A stretch of DNA of 64,000 nucleotides from an uncultured Pelagibacteraceae bacterium. Lineage in GTDB: Bacteria > Pseudomonadota > Alphaproteobacteria > Pelagibacterales > AG-422-B15. Shown piece after piece: positions 62,122 through 64,000 of the stretch. The stretch is from the NCBI GenBank assembly GCA_902544065.1, contig CACCAS010000003.1, forward strand, positions 4,492 through 68,491, given 5' to 3'. A program made the position numbers and the translations under genes. Below the pieces are notes generated by a model. That model did no database searches, was not told where the DNA came from, and worked only from the letters and a program-made list of their open reading frames with translations. Numbering within the stretch: the first letter of the stretch is position 1; each line of letters begins with the position of its first letter.

Positions 62122-62549
62122 TCTTCTGTAAATAATCCTAATGGGTCATTATCTTTCACAGTATCCATACTTTTCGTAGTCTCTAACTTATACCCTCCAC
62201 TATAGACACAAGTTAAATCATAAATATTTGCATTATCTTCTCTATCGGTAGGCACTTCCTTGATAACTATCTGTTTGCTGAAATCACAGAATCTAGCAAC
62301 AACTGTATTCAACCTCTCATGATTATTACTAATGGCATTTATATCTTGTGGAATTTTTAATGCAAAATCCACAACAGTAACAGTAAGTATCTCTCCTTTT
62401 CTGCAATCTTTCTGAATATACTCTGCATCAGCTTGACGAAACGTGTCACAAATTTTGTTAACTTCGGAATCTTCTTTTGAGCTAGAATTTAAATAAGAGT
62501 CACAGCCCACAAAAAATAAAACAAAAAGTATAGAGAGTAGGTGTTTCAT
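62118..62549 (-). CDS. Probable lipoprotein, MKHLLSI family member B
   Basis: MKHLLSILFVLFFVGC with a lipobox-like FVGC. TAG-ATG abutment with the upstream gene. Confidence 0.65.
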   Translation of the reverse strand: MKHLLSILFVLFFVGCDSYLNSSSKEDSEVNKICDTFRQADAEYIQKDCRKGEILTVTVVDFALKIPQDINAISNNHERLNTVVARFCDFSKQIVIKEVPTDREDNANIYDLTCVYSGGYKLETTKSMDTVKDNDPLGLFTEE

Positions 62550-62885
62550 CTAAAAGAGTTGTTCTAATTGCTTGCAGTTTAATCGACTTACAACTTCAGA
62601 GGCATCACCGTTTGATATAATCAAACTTTCAGTCAGTTCACCAGTAAATCGATTTATTGTGGTTCTGACTGTTCCATTATGTCCATCCGCAACGATATGT
62701 TTCTCTGTCACAAGAACAATTTCATTTACAAAATCATCTATCCAAAGTTTGTTTTGTTCAAAATTAATATCTATTTCATAAACAAGTTCATCTGAACCGT
62801 CCTTCCAACATCCAAGATATGTTTCTTCAGCGAATGAAGTAAAAGTAAAGCCAAATAAGATGAATATGGAGAGTAGGTGTTTCAT
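62550..62885 (-). CDS. Exported small protein, MKHLLSI family member C
   Basis: Signal peptide MKHLLSIFILFGFTFTSFA, cleavage-site-like SFA-EE. ATGA overlap with the upstream gene. Confidence 0.65.
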   Translation of the reverse strand: MKHLLSIFILFGFTFTSFAEETYLGCWKDGSDELVYEIDINFEQNKLWIDDFVNEIVLVTEKHIVADGHNGTVRTTINRFTGELTESLIISNGDASEVVSRLNCKQLEQLF

Positions 62886-63526
62886 TCTTCTTCTGCTTCA
62901 AGATCTTTAAGTTCTTTTTTAAGCTTTTTAATTTTAATCTGTCTCTCAAGTTTTTTAACTTCTCTAATCTCTTCAGTCTCATCTTCGTAGGAAGATTTTG
63001 CGTATGTCTGTTCTGCAGGTGTTACATCTTCAAGTTCAGATAATCTTGTTTCAAGTTCTTTTCTTTTAACTTTATTTTTAAGAGGTATCGTTGATGCTTT
63101 GTATGCTTCTTTAGTTTTCCTTACTGACGCACTAACTAGCAAATAAATAATAAATGCAGCAACTATAGCAACAACAATTAATATATTTTGATTTTGTATT
63201 TGAGTTGGAGTTCTATTTGAATTCTGTATTTCTATAGGTACAAATTTCTGTCCACTCAAATCATCACCGACACAAGATTCCAAATATGCGTGCATACAAA
63301 AGCCACCTTTAGCCCAATGAAGGTTCTCACCAACACATTGAGTTCTTGTGTAATTAGAAGCTTTATTACTTAATTTTATGTAAGTGCAAACATCTGTACT
63401 AGATATTGGAATACAAAGAGAATTTGGATCATTTGGATTAGCTTTCCGAGTTCCCTCGCCACATTCATTAGCACTGGCCAGAGACATAAACCCTAACAAA
63501 ATTAATATGGAGAGTAGGTGTTTCAT
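62882..63526 (-). CDS. Type I membrane protein, MKHLLSI family member D (Cys-rich ectodomain, TM, Lys/Glu coiled-coil tail)
   Basis: Signal peptide MKHLLSILILLGFMSLASA, six Cys in the ectodomain, TM ILIVVAIVAAFIIYLLVSA, tail KKLERQIKIKKLKKELKDLEAEEE. ATG at 63526 (the track's TTG is at 63535). Confidence 0.65.
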   Translation of the reverse strand: MKHLLSILILLGFMSLASANECGEGTRKANPNDPNSLCIPISSTDVCTYIKLSNKASNYTRTQCVGENLHWAKGGFCMHAYLESCVGDDLSGQKFVPIEIQNSNRTPTQIQNQNILIVVAIVAAFIIYLLVSASVRKTKEAYKASTIPLKNKVKRKELETRLSELEDVTPAEQTYAKSSYEDETEEIREVKKLERQIKIKKLKKELKDLEAEEE

Positions 63527-63528
63527 TA

Positions 63529-63702
63529 TCACCAAGAACTATCACTACATATACTTACAGCATTATAACTACTATGACCTTCGTTAATGTAAGCTCTTTT
63601 ACATTGCTGATAGGGAGAAAAAATTAAATAGAAAATTGTAAACAGTATGAATGCAAAAACAATGTAGACTATAGGTCTGTATTCTGGTGGAATTTTATTC
63701 AT
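63529..63702 (-). CDS. Small (57 aa) single-TM protein heading the MKHLLSI array
   Basis: Not in the track (under 60 aa). My translation is MNKIPPEYRPIVYIVFAFILFTIFYLIFSPYQQCKRAYINEGHSSYNAVSICSDSSW. Its TGA is 2 nt before the member D ATG. Confidence 0.4.
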   Translation of the reverse strand: MNKIPPEYRPIVYIVFAFILFTIFYLIFSPYQQCKRAYINEGHSSYNAVSICSDSSW

Positions 63703-63744
63703 ATCAAAACATTATACCAGATACATAAATTATCAATTTCGTTT

Positions 63745-63816
63745 ACAAACCCCCCTATATATAACAAACCCCCCCGTATTTTAGATTGATGGGGTAGGTT
63801 GTTCAAAACCCCCTAT
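63745..63816. repeat. Three CAAA(A)-poly(C)-(G)TAT direct repeats in a divergent intergenic region
   Basis: acaaaCCCCCCtat (C6, 63750-63755), acaaaCCCCCCCgtat (C7, 63769-63775), tcaaaaCCCCCtat (C5, 63809-63813). Confidence 0.7.
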
Positions 63817-63832
63817 GTGGTAAGATTTCGAT

Positions 63833-64000
63833 ATGAAAGAAAAACCAGGCATATTTTATATTGCAATAATAATAGGATGGGCATTTATTACTGTCATATT
63901 TGGATATGGTTTATCTCAAACTGGAGTTCATGAAGGTTTTTCTTATTTACTTGGCATGATAATTTTCTGGGTAGGCATGTATGTTTTGATGAAAAGCGAA
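63833..64000 (+). CDS. Membrane protein, N-terminal fragment (continues beyond the window)
   Basis: My translation is MKEKPGIFYIAIIIGWAFITVIFGYGLSQTGVHEGFSYLLGMIIFWVGMYVLMKSE, open to the window end, with two predicted TM helices. Confidence 0.4.
   Translation, partial: MKEKPGIFYIAIIIGWAFITVIFGYGLSQTGVHEGFSYLLGMIIFWVGMYVLMKSE

Larger units (their letters stand above)
60070..64000. mobile_element. Putative integrated element or genomic island abutting the tRNA-CAU 3' end (right boundary not identified, may lie beyond the window)
   Basis: Starts at a tRNA 3' end. Visibly higher G+C than the flanks. Contains an excisionase-type HTH gene, all-unknown cargo, and unusually long repeat-rich non-coding stretches for this genome. 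No integrase in the window. Confidence 0.5.

Noticed and set aside
63797-63814. Possible attR: ggttGTTCAAAaCCCcCT resembles the tRNA T-arm segment GTTCAAAtCCCtCT (12 of 14 nt).
   Set aside because: The match is short and imperfect and does not extend into the acceptor 3' strand or CCA. It also coincides with the third poly-C repeat, which explains it better. It cannot define an island boundary without the extended contig.

Overview
Very AT-rich (about 30% G+C by eye), extremely gene-dense bacterial chromosome segment. Many neighbouring genes overlap by 1-11 nt and there are almost no intergenic terminators. The gene order is alphaproteobacterial: DUF1013, a coiled-coil gene before zapA, rluD-rpoH, and tolQRAB-pal-cpoB-tilS-ftsH-folP-glmM. 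Together with the composition this suggests a streamlined marine Pelagibacterales (SAR11)-like genome; that placement is inference only. About 1-28 kb and 45-60 kb are housekeeping: purine synthesis, the tkt-gap-pgk-fba-efp block, division and Tol-Pal genes, FtsH, folate, RpoH, isoprenoid, chorismate, GlyRS, nadABC, mnmA. Three regions deserve attention. (1) 28.3-42 kb is a catabolic island with no regulator gene that funnels quaternary amines to glycine betaine. It holds a GMC choline dehydrogenase, a ProXWV-type transporter, a gamma-butyrobetaine hydroxylase / carnitine dehydrogenase / BKACE module, an aldehyde dehydrogenase and an acetoacetyl-CoA synthetase. It also holds a BBOX-like 2OG oxygenase directly abutting an HD-domain protein, which resembles the TmpA/TmpB (PhnY/PhnZ-type) oxidative C-P cleavage pair. 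(2) 43.1-44.8 kb is a small islet around tRNA-Arg(UCG) with accessory-type genes. (3) From 60070 to the window end, a compositionally distinct island abuts the 3' end of tRNA-Met(CAU). It has an excisionase-like gene, no integrase in the window, repeat-rich non-coding DNA, and a tightly coupled array of small exported proteins that share a nearly identical 21-nt 5' cassette (MKHLLSI) but have unrelated mature domains. A PD-(D/E)xK Hjc-like nuclease sits where ruvCAB normally lie, between yebC and tolQ. No CRISPR arrays, rRNA genes or transposases were seen.
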